64,000 nucleotides of DNA from Callorhinchus milii (lineage: Eukaryota): contig NW_024704743.1 of the NCBI RefSeq assembly GCF_018977255.1, positions 90,832,001-90,896,000 on the forward strand, given 5' to 3'. Of the stretch, positions 40,816-54,623 are shown one piece after another. How positions within the stretch are numbered: the first letter of the stretch is position 1; each line of letters opens with the position of its first letter. Under the pieces are notes generated by a model, which was not told the DNA's origin, made no database searches, and saw nothing but the letters and a program-made list of their open reading frames with translations. The position numbers and the translations under genes were made by a program.

Positions 40816-41889
40816 TCAGGTTAGGTACATTATTTTGGATTTTTTTTAATAAAAAAGTCAACTTTATTTGTGTGAATAAAACCAGATGACAAGAGAGATT
40901 TTGCTGAAAAGGCATTCAGTCCATTTTATCTCATCCTTCCAAAATTCCACCCTCCCATTTTTGAATTGCAGCATCACACAGTTCTGTGTCCTGACTTGAA
41001 CCACCCATCCTGGTAACCTATTCCAGCTGACATTTTACTCTTGGTGTAAAGAAATCTTTCCTGACGTCAGTCCTAAAATTGCTCTGAAGCTGTGCCTGTT
41101 CATCCCACTGCCTCAGTATATCAAAATACAGGGAAACACCCTCAGTATTGCGTGGGTCAGCTTATAACATGTGTACTCCAAGCTCATAGTACGCTGAAAG
41201 TGAGATGCAGTTCCAAAAGCTGACTGTCCAATTTCCTGGATTTTGTGCACAAGCACATAAGTCCTTGTAGCATCAAGCAATGGCCAAGCTGCTGTTGGAA
41301 ACCTTTCTGAGAGCTGTTGCTAGCTTCCTGCATATCTGCATCAACCTGACAATCCAAAAGTCCTGACCACCACAAGTCAATTCCAACCGTGAGAAATAGA
41401 GTGTTGCTCAAATAATTAAAACAGTAGCGATCACATGATAGCTCAGTTCATAAAATCATTGTAAATTCTACCACACAGTCTAAGGGAGTCCCAGTTTCAA
41501 TTTACGTCTGTACTGAACTTAGCTGACCTAAGTTGTGACAACAGTAGGAGCACAGAATCCTAGCAATTTGGGACAGAAGGCGGCCATTTAAAGAGAATCC
41601 TTTCAATTCCATTTACCTGCCCTTACCCCATATTCCTGTATGGGCACTAGAATTAACTTGAACACCCTTGAACGAGGAAGGTGTTCACAAAAAATAACGG
41701 CTAGTGTTGCCAGAATCAATTGCCAGGAATGATCACCTTGACTGTGTTGGCAGCCGGCAAACAAAAGTTCTGATATTCAATGCAGACATTTTCTGTAACC
41801 AAAAGATAAAACTCAGCAACACGTTTTGGAAAGGACTGGGAAGCATGCTTCCAACACCTTCCCCCAACTTATATGACTGCATATAAGTT

Positions 41890-41922
41890 TGTGTGTGTGT
41901 GTGTGTGGGGGGGGGGGGGGGC
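41890..41922. repeat. (GT)n plus poly-G
   Basis: Read directly. Confidence 0.9.
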
Positions 41923-44900
41923 ACTTGGGGGGAAGCATGGTCAGTAATTCACAGAGCGAGCCAGAAGGGAAAGACACTTTTCCAATTATTTCTTTATTCT
42001 AAATTCTGTGAGCCTGGTGGAAACCAAAAATTTAGAATGAAAATGAACAAAACAATCCACAGTGAGCTGGGTGGAAAAGTCAAAACCTTTTTGAAAAAAA
42101 ACTTTCATTTGCATTATGCATCAGACAGCAAACAGCCAGAATCAGTGCAACAATCTGATTAGAACGCAACTTGCAGCTGTAACTCTGACCGGAGCCACAC
42201 CGACAAGTTATTTGTGTTCTATAATCAGTGAATAAGCATTTACATAGCTACAAGTAGAGCAAAATATCTAAATGCCACAGCAACCACCACGTGCTTAGAT
42301 TTGCCCGGCCCACAAAAAAACATTTGCAAATTTTGTCTCAAGCTGTATTTACCAGCATATGTTTATTAGATTTGGGTTTCACTGATCGGTCAGTGTCTAG
42401 AAACTGGATTCTATTTCTACAATGATACAATAGGCTCACAAGGTGCACATGGTGCAGAAGTACAAGCCATGGATTCAACCTACTTAATGTTTTGTTATAA
42501 TCTATATATTTTTCATTACCGTACATAGAAATATTTCCGAAATGGTCCAGTACAAAATCTCCTCTACGGATCCTTACTTTTCTATGTTGCAGAAGACCAA
42601 GCTATAGCTGTAGAGCTCTAGGTCATTTGGGGAAAGCAGCTATGAATAAGCAGAATATTCATAACCGTGGTCAGCTTGATGCAGATGCTCACACAGGATA
42701 GACAGAAATTTTCTGCAAATGATTAATTTGCTTGATCAAACTAACCATATCGTTCTGGATTTCAGAGCATGCAGAGGGAAAGAAGGAAACACATTTTTTA
42801 AATAGTATTAAATAACATATTCAATCAATTCTCAGGATGGACAAAGATCTTGCCAATTGACAACATCACAAGCAATAATCCTGAGTAGAAATTAACCCAG
42901 CTTTCTTTTCCTGAACACATCACAGTGCAACAGTTTACCAGTTACAGTACTGCTGATACCAGTCAAATGAGGACATGGTGAACAGAAAGCTAATTTAGTC
43001 AGGGAAGGTCTCAACCTAAACAATATAAAATGGACCAGATGATCCAGTTACCAATTTTGAAGTGTTGTTTATGGATCATTTATATAAAAAGACCTCAGAC
43101 CTCATGATGACGGATGTAAATCAGCAGTTAACAAGTGACTGGCCTGAAGATAATTTGCTTGCAATGTGAAGTGCATGGCAGACATAGAAAGTAATTATAA
43201 TCTTTGCAATTGATACAGCGCTTTTCATGTCTTCTAGAAGTCTCAAAGCGCTTCACAGAATATAATGTAAAGTGAAATATGACTGTATATTTGTGGGCAA
43301 AACACGGAAGCCATGAACAAAGCGCTGCCCTTTCTAAAGAAGTATTAGCACAAGCATCAGGATTGGTTACTTCAAGACAACTGAATGGCAGATGACTTGC
43401 AGGATGTGGGAATTGACCAAACACATATGACTAATGACAGGCCGGACAACCTACCCTCCCCCCACTCACCCACCACCACGTTTGTACAAACCAGCAAAGT
43501 CTTTGCAATTTCACAATTGTATACATGCAAACAACTTGCACATTGATCTGTCAGCTCAGCAAACTTCCCAAGTTTAAAATTGGCTGTGTCACCCACTTCA
43601 TGCCACTCGCTGCCTAGCTTTCACATGTGAATAGCCACTTGGGTGAGGCACCAGAGAGCTGTCAGCACCCAGGGAACCGTATCTCGATGCAAGTCAACAC
43701 GTTCAGGGATAAAATAGCCTAGGTGGGAAAGAAGGAACTGGAAGCCAAAAACTAAAACATTATAAATTTCTACCATTAAAAAGTCCATTGTAGATAAAAT
43801 GCATGGTTCTGTGCGTGCAAAACCGAACATTCAAGCTTATGGCTTATACGACTAAAATTGAGCATTAGTTCAGCTTTCCAACAACTTATCTGCATTAAAG
43901 CAGGACCGTACCTGCACTAGTCTCAACGTAGGAGGCTTATTGGACATATTGTTCCTCATAAACCAAAGCCACATCACTCCAGATTTTCCACTACAAGCAG
44001 TTACAATTTAAGAGCAGTACTATGCAATTACATGGTAACTGAACATTAAGACACTGGAATTTTCTTAAACATTTTCATTGTAGCCGAGGGCACTGTAAAG
44101 CATGTTCCCGTGCACTTACAATACACAGAGAGCATATTTTGAATCACCTACAAAAGGGGACTTCTGATCAAATTACAGATGAACCTCTCTTAACTGCAAA
44201 CCATGCCAAAAAATTAGATTAAAAAAAAGCTTCCTGCATCCAGTACTAGATCACAAGATATGTGAAGATCTGTTGTCTATAAATCCATCCTTAACCAGAG
44301 CAAGGGTGCTACAATTGACCTCAGATTCCCCCAGGCTGAGAAGGAGAAAGAATTTGTTGGATGTACAGCATTTGGAGAATTCCCACTCCTGATCATTATC
44401 CAGTAACCCCAGCTGGAAAGAGCATATATAATCGACATCAGGATCAAGTCTTGGCCATGATCCTCTCTCTCTCTCCCCCCTCTCCTCCCCTCCCCCCCAG
44501 AGTTTCTTTACTTGCCAACACTCACCATCTGCTCTCACACAAGGACTGGTGACTTAGGAAAGGTAACCAAGGGACCACAATCCCCTTCTGGAGCAGAGAG
44601 AAGAGAAAAATAAATGTTCACTCTGCACATAAGTTTTGAATATTGCCACAAATGTATTGTTTCAAGACATTCCTCTTATAGATGCCAATTCAGATACTAT
44701 TCTGGATTAAATTTAAGACTTTAAAATGGTCCAAATTTATTAAATACGGTTATTAAATACCAATTTTATTAAATACCTACAGTACTGGAAGACAGACGTT
44801 ACAAACCAGGACATCCAATCAAGACAAACGATTAATTTAACAAATTCTCCAGTTTTCTTCCCCATGCTGGTGAAGGATAGCTCTCCCCAGAAGGTTTTTT

Positions 44901-45257
44901 TTTATTCTTCTTCTGCAACTTGGTTACTGTTTTCACAGAAACTGAAACTGGATCAAAGCAACAGTTAATTCGGAGGTTTTCTTGGTGCTATTGTCTGATG
45001 TTGACAGTAAGCTGGAAGCTAGGATCAGAGTTCTGAAAGTGCCAACAGCTCTCTGCCCTTGCAGAACAGCTCTTTGACGAAGGTCACTGAGTTGCCTTGA
45101 CGACAATTACCCAGGCCTTGAAAAATGAAGTGGAATTTCTGCACCCAGCTGCTAAACATGACCAGGCTGGAGCGTTCTGGCTACTCATAGAATACCTTCC
45201 ATTTAAAAAAAAGGTTGCATTTTCAATCTCTTTCTTTTGTAAATACCAGAAGGTAAA

Positions 45258-45317
45258 GGTGGGGCTGGGGGGGGGGCGGGGGGGGGGGGGGGGGCGGGAG
45301 AGAGAGAGAGAGAGAGA
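45258..45317. repeat. G-runs followed by (GA)n
   Basis: Read directly. Confidence 0.9.
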
Positions 45318-47909
45318 AACACAAGCTGCCCATATTTAGTATTTCAACTTTAACCCCGAACATTTCGGTTACTTGGCTCCAATCCTAATATGGATACAGA
45401 TTTTTTTTTAAAATCAAGACCTCAGATGCATAAAATGAAAGAGCTACTTCATTTTGATGATCTATTTTGAGTTTTTTTTCATTGCAGTTTCCCTGTTCCC
45501 TGTTTGCTCGACATATTTGATAAGTCAGGGCCTCGTTTTATTTTTAAACAAATTGTTAACGCCCCCTCCCTCCCAGCACTGGTCATCTCAGACGGTTTGT
45601 TGAACTATCAGTGTTTATAATTCCTGTGAAACTTCATCCCGTGCTTCTTTCAGTCACAGAGATAGTGTCCGATGTAGTTTGCTGTCTTTCTTCACACACC
45701 CCCACCCCGCATTGCGTCCCTCACCAAAAGGGAAAGAAATAACTCTAACCTGATGGTGTAAAATTAGAGAAAAAAATAAAACATATTTAAGTTGTGAAAC
45801 ACATGTTTTCTAACCAAATTTTGCCCTGTTCCCCCATGCCACATTTATACACAAACTTTAAAAAAATTAAAACCAGATCACAAGAAAATACATAAAATTA
45901 AAAACTAAAGGCACTAAAGATCTTTGTTGATACAGTACTTGTATAAGGTCACTGATGTCTGTGCAGTAGTTGTATTTCATCTCAAAAGTCCTTTCGACTA
46001 GAGTTGAACTACACACTTAAAAGGCCACTTCCAGTTAAACGCAAAAATAAGACATTTAAAGTAAACACATAAGATTTTTTAAAAATATATTAAATGCATG
46101 AATACACAGAACTAAGTAAGAAAACTGGCAAAAATGGTTTCTACAGTTATCAACCCCCGCCATTTATTGGTGTAACATCATTCTGTGAAAGCAGCAATAA
46201 AGTCTGCATGAACAAGCTTGGTAAATCTCTGCATCCTGCCCAGTACTGATCCAAAAGCAGGTTGCAAGACCTGGTGAATTGTACCAACATGCAGGGCAGC
46301 GAACCATGGCAATCACAATTTCACAGACTGGATAAAATACTGAGCAACTGTGGCAGACCCTTTGGCCCTCCAGCTATCTCTAACAAAACCAGACTCTGAA
46401 GATTAAAATGTATGCTTATACTGTTAAACTAAATCCTTCATCTAGTGTGTACTCAGGAGGTAAACCTGTAGCCACGTCTTACAAATGACCAAAACAGTCT
46501 ACAACAACAGCTTGCACTTATATAGCGCATGCACCCGTATGTATATAATGCATTTCAGAAAAAAACACTGATTGCATACATCTGTGTATAGTCCAGATAC
46601 ACACATTATATTGTGCTTAAATAAATGCACTATCACTTTTCTTTCATTCTTTGCTCCCCCCCCACCACCAGCCACTTCATGAACTCAGCAGACAAATTAA
46701 AGTGTAGTCCGAGAATATTTGGCCACATGATAAAAAAATCGTACATTTCTATCAAATTCAGCTATGCCTCAACTGCATCTTTAAAAACTACACACAAACA
46801 GCCAGTTTCAACTTTCATTTGCATCCAAAACGCACTGGATATGCTAAAAGCAGAAAAATGAATGTGGCTTAGAAATTTTTAAAAAGTACTGCTAGTCTAC
46901 TCTTAAATACTCGATGCCGATAAATGCAAAATAAAGTCAACGCAAAACAAACCCAGCACTATCACATAACAAATTGATTAGGAAAGCTGCAAAAAAGGGA
47001 AAACTATTGTCGGCAAAAAAATGTTCAGAGAAAGCTCTGCGCTTGGTAACTCAAGCAGTGACTAAATACCCTCAAAAAGATGGCACTTTCTTGGCCAGAC
47101 ATTCAAATTTCCATTGCTGAAAGTAACACCAACGACCCGTGAAGTGTCATGAATTCATCTAAATGAGCCCCAGTAAAGTTACTGGATGGGCTTTATGCTC
47201 TTGTGAAGTTCAAAAGGAACTTCTGACAGGCACTTTGCCGCAGACTGGTCTGACTGAAAAAGCTCAGAGCCCAGCCAAGCCACAATTCGAAAACCTTAGT
47301 ACCACTGGAACAAATATTCACACAGCAGAAGTGCTACCAAGGAAAAATCAGGCACTCAGATATGGAGGGGGTCAACCAATTGAAAAGACTTGCACTTCTG
47401 TTCCTTAGTTCCCCTCCCCCACTTCATTTATACCATTTACATTCATCACTACAGACAGTCGGGAACTAAAATAAGGGAGCGCCACATGAAAAATTCATAA
47501 TGTTAGCAGCTGCTGAAGATCTGGACAGGCTAAGTGGGGAAATCTGGTTATGTTACTGTAATAGAACATCTCTCCAAACTGACTGGAAATAAATGTCTGA
47601 AGGACAACAGTCACTGCTAACACAAAGGAAAATGGCTAAGTCTTCAACTTGGAAGACCAAAACTACTGCAGTAATTTGGATCAATTGAATTTTCAATAAT
47701 GTCTTTTTCCTCCCCTCCATCATCAACTCAAAAGAGTTATCAACTTACTGAACCACAGCAACCCAATTAAATTTTTGCAACACCCATCGTCGATTTTTTG
47801 TCCGGAACAAAGTTAACATATAAAATCCTTTCAAAAATTAAGTGCACCATAGCATAGATTTTTATGGATGTAATCTTAACTCATTACTGATGGATCTTTT
47901 GGATATTTT

Positions 47910-48228
47910 GTGGAGTCCTGTAGCTCAGTGGTTAGAGCACTCGCTTTGCAAGCGAGAGACCTGAGTTCAATTCCAGGCAGAGGGCGAAACCTTGGGCAAG
48001 TTTCCTTACTCCACACGCCTAATAATAATCCCTCCAAAACCAAAACAATAATTAAATTGGTCATGTTCAATCTACGACTGTTTGTGGGACATTGCTGTGC
48101 GCAATTGGCTGCCGCGTTCGCCCACAAATATACAGTCAATTCACTTTACAGTGTGTTCTGTGAAGCGCTTTGGGACGTCCTCCTGACGTGAAAAGCGCTA
48201 TATCAAATGCAAGGATTATTATTATTAT
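47910..48228 (+). mobile_element. Family A SINE, full length, young
   Basis: Intact A and B boxes, anticodon arm CTCGC-TTTGCAA-GCGAG, CpGs retained, (ATT)n tail. Confidence 0.95.
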
Positions 48229-48529
48229 CTCCTAAGGATAAACAGCACAAGGAGGATTGTTCGAGCATCCACTTTTCAATGGGGGGGAAAATAACAATTT
48301 GAATACTCTCTACAAGACTTCACTTAAGACAATTTTAAGCAATTACCACCATACACTTTTTGCTTTAAACAATGCCATAAAAATATAATTTTACCATTTG
48401 TTGCTTGGCATGACCACATGCAAATCTGGTTCTCCTTGGTTCCTGAATTCTCAGTTAAGTGATCAAGCTATTCTGTTGAACCTGCCTCAAATTGTACAAA
48501 GTTAACCAGATCTGTCATTTTGTAAAAAA

Positions 48530-48895
48530 ATAATAATCTTTTGTCAAAACAATTCAAAATGCTTCACAAGATGTAAAATGCACTGACTGCATACGTGTAA
48601 GTAAAAGCAACAGCCAATTAGCACACAGTAAGTCCCACACAAAAAGACAAAGTGAATGACTGATTTTCTCTGGGTGATTGTTGGCTGAAACAGCAGGAGG
48701 AACTCTTTACTTTTCAAAGAGTGCCATGGGATCTCTAACCTCCTCAGTTTAACATCTCATCGGCAGTATGACACCTCCAACAATATAGTGCTTCCCCAAC
48801 ACTGCACAGGAATGTCAACCTAAATTGAGTTTAATGTCCTGATACGGGGCTTGAACCTACACCTTCGACACAGAGAGTGCCACCAAATGTACCAG
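48530..48895 (-). mobile_element. Degenerate older Deu-type SINE, near full length
   Basis: GTGCCATGGGATCT..TTTAACATCTCATC..CTTGAACCTACACCTTC. Confidence 0.65.
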
Positions 48896-48974
48896 GTTGA
48901 TCTCCAATTGAACTCTGAAAAGAATAACTTTACCATTTTCTTTTCGATTAATTTTATTTCTAGACATCCCCTCA

Positions 48975-49165
48975 ACAGATTGTGGAAATCTGGAATTCTC
49001 TCCCCCAAAAGCCAATAGCGGCTGAGATCAATAAATATTTGTTAGGTAAGGGTACCAAGGAATATAATAATAATAATGAAAAGGCAGGTAAATGGAGTTC
49101 CAGTTGAATGGTGGAACAGGACCCTCCACGAGAGGTTGAATAGCCTACTCCAGTTCCTACTTGTT
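48975..49165 (+). mobile_element. CR1-clade 3' fragment
   Basis: TCTGGAATTCTCTCCCCCAAAAG..GGCTGAGATCAATA..GAATAGCCTACTCC. Similar short tails at ~23540-23600 and ~5880-5975. Confidence 0.6.
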
Positions 49166-52100
49166 TTTGGTCTTCTTTAAGGGCTACACAAGGCAAGAGC
49201 TACTATAATTTGTTTCACAGCATTGTGCTGGGGGTGGGGGTGGGGGGGGGGGGGGGGGGTGATGGTGGTGTGCAGGGAAGAGATTCTCCAGAATTTCATA
49301 CTGGAAAGTACGGAATGGGGTCATTTTGGTTACGATACCCTTCATGATCAAACAACATGCTCAGCCAAGTCTCATAAAAGAATGGTCCCTTGGATAGCTT
49401 ATTAGCTGAGGCTATACAACCAGATGTCATCTCGATGAATGCCTTCAGGAAAGAATGCTTTAGGGAGGTATGTAGTACTTCCCATGGAGAGACAAAAACA
49501 GTACTTCGTATTCAACTAGTTAAATCTAGAAAACATAGGATATCCCTCCCAACAATGTCAAACCAAACTAATGCACTCGATTGATGAGCGCCCTCTTTCA
49601 ATGCCAAGTTCTGGCTCCATCTTCAAATTTGGGTATATTTGCACAAATATGTTTTTTAAAAAACACTCAATACTCCATACAGTATCCCCAAACCTGGTCG
49701 TTTAGACCAATGAATCATTTTTGGCAATGTCAGCAGATTGGTGATTGGTGTTCTTGAGTGTCTAGGTCATGACCATAGTATCTATGCAATTCCATTTTTA
49801 TGACCAGCTGTTAGGGCTAAGAGTAACAGCTGTACTGATAAATAACATAACGGGGGGAGGGGGTCTTTATTCTCTGTAAAGCTCCCCTTGATAACTGCAC
49901 GTCAAGCATTTTCCAGTGTGGTTAATCCACTCACAACCTTGTAAAGCATCCAGCCTTTCTTATAATCACCTTTGTACTGTAATTTCATCAATATGATAAT
50001 TTAGTTTATAAAGCCATAAAAGAGAGGAAAGTCACCTTCTGCACTAATGGTCTTAACAACATACATTTGTACTTGTATCTTTATTAAAAATATCCACAAG
50101 TCAGTCTGGATTTGGATATTTTACAGTACAATACTGTGCTTTAAGACATAGATGATGTGATAAGGCTGTTTAAAACCCATCTCTGCATTTCCCCCTTCAT
50201 CCCTCCCATGTACTCCAATCTCAATACTTTTTTTGGTGGGTGGGTTGGTGGGAGACGAAAGGTTTACAAGTACCTGGACAGTTAGTTATTTCCTCTCTAA
50301 ATCATGGGCACTCACGCTGACTGTGGTGCCTCAACTGTTGTCACGGCTGAGATCAACTCACATCACAAACCTGGATTAAATCTTTGGCTTTCTGGACTGT
50401 ACGTCCTTGTGCTGCTACAGGCAAATCTTCACTCTTCACTCACTAGGCCATCAGAGGAGCCTTGCTCCTGCGTTCGTAAGAGTAAGCAGCTCTCGACAAA
50501 GGCCAGGGAAGAAATGACTTGCCCGTCCTCTCAGTTTGTTGATATTTAAACCAAGATAAGGCCTAGAATCTGTTTTAAGATTTGAAATAACTAATGCAGT
50601 TCTATGAATTGATGTTGTGACTGGTGCAAAACTAATGGATCACACAAGTAAAATGGTTGCCTCAATTTTCTTGTTAACTGACCCTGGTCTTGCTGGAAAG
50701 CAGGGGAAATGTGGTGAGGGAATGTCAGGAAGTCTTCTGTCAATCAAGGTAGACCAGTTAACATGTGACTAGAAATTATTAAACAGGGAAACATGAATTG
50801 CTTGAACTTCACCCAATAAAACCAATTCATGTTTCATTATAATCCATCACAGCCCTATAAATGTCAAATTTACATAAATTGAATTTCATTATATTCAGCC
50901 AGTGCTTTTAATTATATTCAGCAGGTTGTTATCATTCAATCTGTTAAACAAAGAACAATCAAAAGATAAATTATTTTCTAATAGAAGGATGAGATGTTGC
51001 ACTGAACACAGCCTCTGGGGATACCCTGCTGTGCTTCAAGAGAAAGAGGATGACTTTTTCAAAGGCTATCTGCACTGGATGAACAAAACAGCCACTACAG
51101 CTTAATAAATCGGAAAGGCTTAAAATCATTTTCTTCAATCACATCAATCAAAAACCAACTGGACAAAAAATAAACAGGGCTCGATGGTTTGAACAGTCCT
51201 CCTTACTCCTGCTCATGTTCACTCTTTAGAGCTCACTACTAAAATATTTTCTAATCACGTGCAGGAGTTTGGCATACCCTGAAGCTTATTTGCCTGGGTT
51301 TATAACTTATAATCCTTTTCTACTTAGAGATCATTGTGTGTGCTTGCACAGAGACAGTTAAGACAACACAGAAACAGAAAAGAAAAATATTGCTACATAT
51401 ATCAAACTAACCCTGCTAATGTAAAGTAACGGTAGCTGCCAAGCATTTCTTTCTACCAACGCATGAGAATGGGCCCTGCCAGCCAAAGCAATGTTCAAAG
51501 TTCAAAACACAAAATCACTAAGCAATTTAAAATCTCAACTTGATAACACTGCTTAACTAAACCTTTAAAACTACATTCAGGATGTTTTGAAGTTTTTAAA
51601 ATTTCAATGCCATTCATCTTTAAAATCAAGAAAACATTTAACTGAGCAAAAAAAATCCTTATATTTGGTATAACGCTTTTCACGTCAGAAAGACTTCTCA
51701 AAGCCCTTAAAAGAATATATTGTAAGGTGGAGTGGCTGTGTTTTTTTGTGAGCAAAGAATATTAAATAGAGCAGAGTGGACTTTAAATTGAAATGTTAGT
51801 CCTGGACAACATTTACCACCTAGTCTCTTAAATGAATTGATACTATTGACATATCGGAGGGCAACTAGATTCCATGTGAAGGCACCTAGGCACGAGTCAG
51901 CACTATTGGTGGAAAAATACCCCGTTAAAAGATGTATACTGCAATCACTTCCCTCCCGACACCTAGGGTTCGGATTCTTTGCCATAGTAGGGGTTCACTG
52001 ACACTGACCTAACTTAAGATACCTCTCAAATTTAATTTGTTTACTCTGAGCCTAGACAGTGGCTTTGAGACGATTTGACTATGGGGCAGGGAACATGCTG

Positions 52101-52578
52101 GCACCACAGCAGACTAATTTTCCTCACTTGATATCCACACAACTTTCTTGCCAGCACAGTAGCAGTTGGGAACATAACCTTGGCTTACTAACAACATTAA
52201 CACCACCACCCAACATCCCTCCCACCCGACTGCTCATGACAATTATAATATCCACTGCTGACAAGTTTCTAAAATTTCTATTCGCCAAAATGTTTAAGCA
52301 GAGCTGGGCATCAACCTTTTATTATCTCGTAATTCAATCATCATATTAACAGGACTGAACAATACTTAGTCACTCCACCATTTCACTTAAGATACATATC
52401 AGCTCACATACTCTGGGGAATTGTGGCTGCAGCTTATTGATTCTGTCTGGCAGTGGCTGAAACAGTAAATAAAAGCATGGTAGTGTCGATTGAACTGCTT
52501 GAAATTCTTCGTGAACTTTGATCAACCATCACACCACTAACTGTAACTTTGCAATTTGTTTCAGAATACACTTGCAGC

Positions 52579-52891
52579 TAATAATAATCATAATCCTTGC
52601 ATTTGATATTTGGTATTTCATGTCTTCTAGACGTCTCAAAGCACCTTACAGAATAGACTGTAAAGTAAATTGACTGTATATTTGTGGGCGAAATGCGGCA
52701 GCCAATTGCGCACAGCAATGTCCCACAAACAGTCGTGGATTGAAATTACCAATTCATTATTGGTTTTTTTGAAGGATTATTATCAGGCGTGTGGAGTAAG
52801 GAAACTGCCCAAGGTTTCACCCTGTCGGAAATTAAACCCGGGTCTCTCGCTTGCAAAGCGAGTGCTCTAACCACTGAGCTACATGACTCCA
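52579..52891 (-). mobile_element. Family A SINE, more diverged copy
   Basis: Same architecture with more substitutions. Confidence 0.9.
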
Positions 52892-53208
52892 TATATTAAC
52901 TGCAAGTGTATTCTGAAACAATGCAAATTTACAGTTAGTGGTGTGATGGTTGATCAAAGTTCAAGAAGAATTTCAAGCAGTTCAATTGACGCTACCATGC
53001 TTTTATTTATTGTTTCAGTTATCCAGCAAAGGAATTTTCCTGGAGAATGTTTTAAATATATGTGAAGTAATTGCTGAAGTAGTGCAGAAAATGTTTTTTG
53101 GAGGTTAAATGAGTTGTATTAATGCACTGATATACAATTCGAAAGCAGCTGGGAATGAAATGCAGCAGGAAACTGTAAGAACGTACATTTAATAGATACA
53201 GAGGTTAC

Positions 53209-53531
53209 TATAATAATAATAATCCTTGCATTTGATATAACGGTTTTCACGTCAGGAGGACGTCCCAAAGCGCTTCACAGAAAACACTGTAAAGTGAATT
53301 GACTGTATATTTGTGGGCGAACGCGGCAGCCAATTGCGCACAGCAATGTCCCACAAACAGTCGTAGATTGAAAATTACCAATTTATTATTGTTTTTTGTT
53401 TTGGAGGGATTATTATTAGGCTCTGTGTGGAGTAAGGAAACTTGCCCAAGGTTTCGCCCTGTTCCTGGAATTGAACTCAGGTTTCTCGCTTGCAAAGCGA
53501 GTGCTCTAACCACTGAGCTACAGGACTCCAC
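53209..53531 (-). mobile_element. Family A SINE, full length, young
   Basis: Near-identical to the copies at 47910 and 62443. Confidence 0.95.
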
Positions 53532-53664
53532 AGCTACTAGACACCAAACAAGGTATATATTATTGCACACTGAACTGATCTTCACTTTAGGTAAAAGGTT
53601 ACAACGGCTCAAATCAGACTTTACGCTTAAAGGTGCAAGACCATACCCAATTAAATAAGATTCA

Positions 53665-53925
53665 AAATCAACTTGCATTTATATAGTACCCTTCACATAG
53701 AATGTCTCAAAGAGTTTTATAATGACGACAGACACCAAATGGGGACGAAGGGAGAGATGACCATAGGCGAGGTCAAAGAGTTGGATTTTAAGGTTGAGCT
53801 TGAAGACAGATTTTGATTTTAAGGTAAAACATGAAGACAGATAGAAAGGGCTGAGATGGAGGAAGCACCAGAGGTTAGGGACATAAAATCTAAAAGCTCG
53901 AACACTGATAAGGACACTTGCTAAG
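53665..53925 (-). mobile_element. Old L2 3' fragment
   Basis: CAACTTGCATTTATATAG tail; FKLNLKIQLFDLAY-like remnant. Confidence 0.6.
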
Positions 53926-54001
53926 AGAAGAAATTCACTTTTAAAGAATTTCAAATTTGTATCAATCATATCCTCGAGTAACATGATCATAAAGTGATTA
54001 G

Positions 54002-54623
54002 TGACTATCCTCCTTGAGGGGGGTGGAGTGGGAGAGGAGGTAAGCAGAGTCTCCTTGGAGCTGAATGGGTTCCAAGATGACGTGCCTGGCACTGGAATGT
54101 CGGAAGCGAGTCAGCCCTCTGTGGCGGTCTCAGTAGTCGGGTTCCTGAGCCAGAAGGGTCCGCAGTTTTCCAGGGCACTGCTGATGACAGCACCGCCAGC
54201 CTAGCGCATCGGCAGGACCCGGAAGGGCAAACCAGTCACTGGGGACAGGGAGTCATCCGACTCAGCTCCTGTTAACCCTAATAGCCAAAGCCTAACTAGT
54301 CGTATGTCCCTCGCTGGACAAGCAATGGGAAGGCTTGCCAGACAGCAATATCAATGGCAAGCTAAGGGATTTAGCTGTTAAGACTCCAGCAGTACTTCAA
54401 CGCAAAGTCTTGGTCCCAAAGCTTTGGCTCTTGCCAAACTGCATCTAATACTTTCCGGAATTAGATAAGCAGGATGCGTCCCTCCAGGGAAAGTGTGCAT
54501 TCCATTCCAACAATCTATCTCTGGGATTTCCAGGTGTAGGTGGGATGCATGGTTTGGATTGGCTACTCTTAAGCATGGTGATGGGTTTCCGCACATTTCA
54601 GATACCCGGTTTACCAAAAAAAA
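54002..54623. repeat. Unclassified ~610-bp interspersed element, copy 1
   Basis: Collinear end to end with 58514-59114. Confidence 0.8.

Noticed and set aside
47912..47990. Genuine tRNA-Ala gene
   Set aside because: It continues into the SINE body and tail, occurs in many dispersed copies and has imperfect acceptor and T stems.
53247..53678. Recurrent peptides such as ESCSSVVRALALQAR and MTVYLWANAAANC
   Set aside because: Translations of the non-coding SINE consensus, not a protein family.
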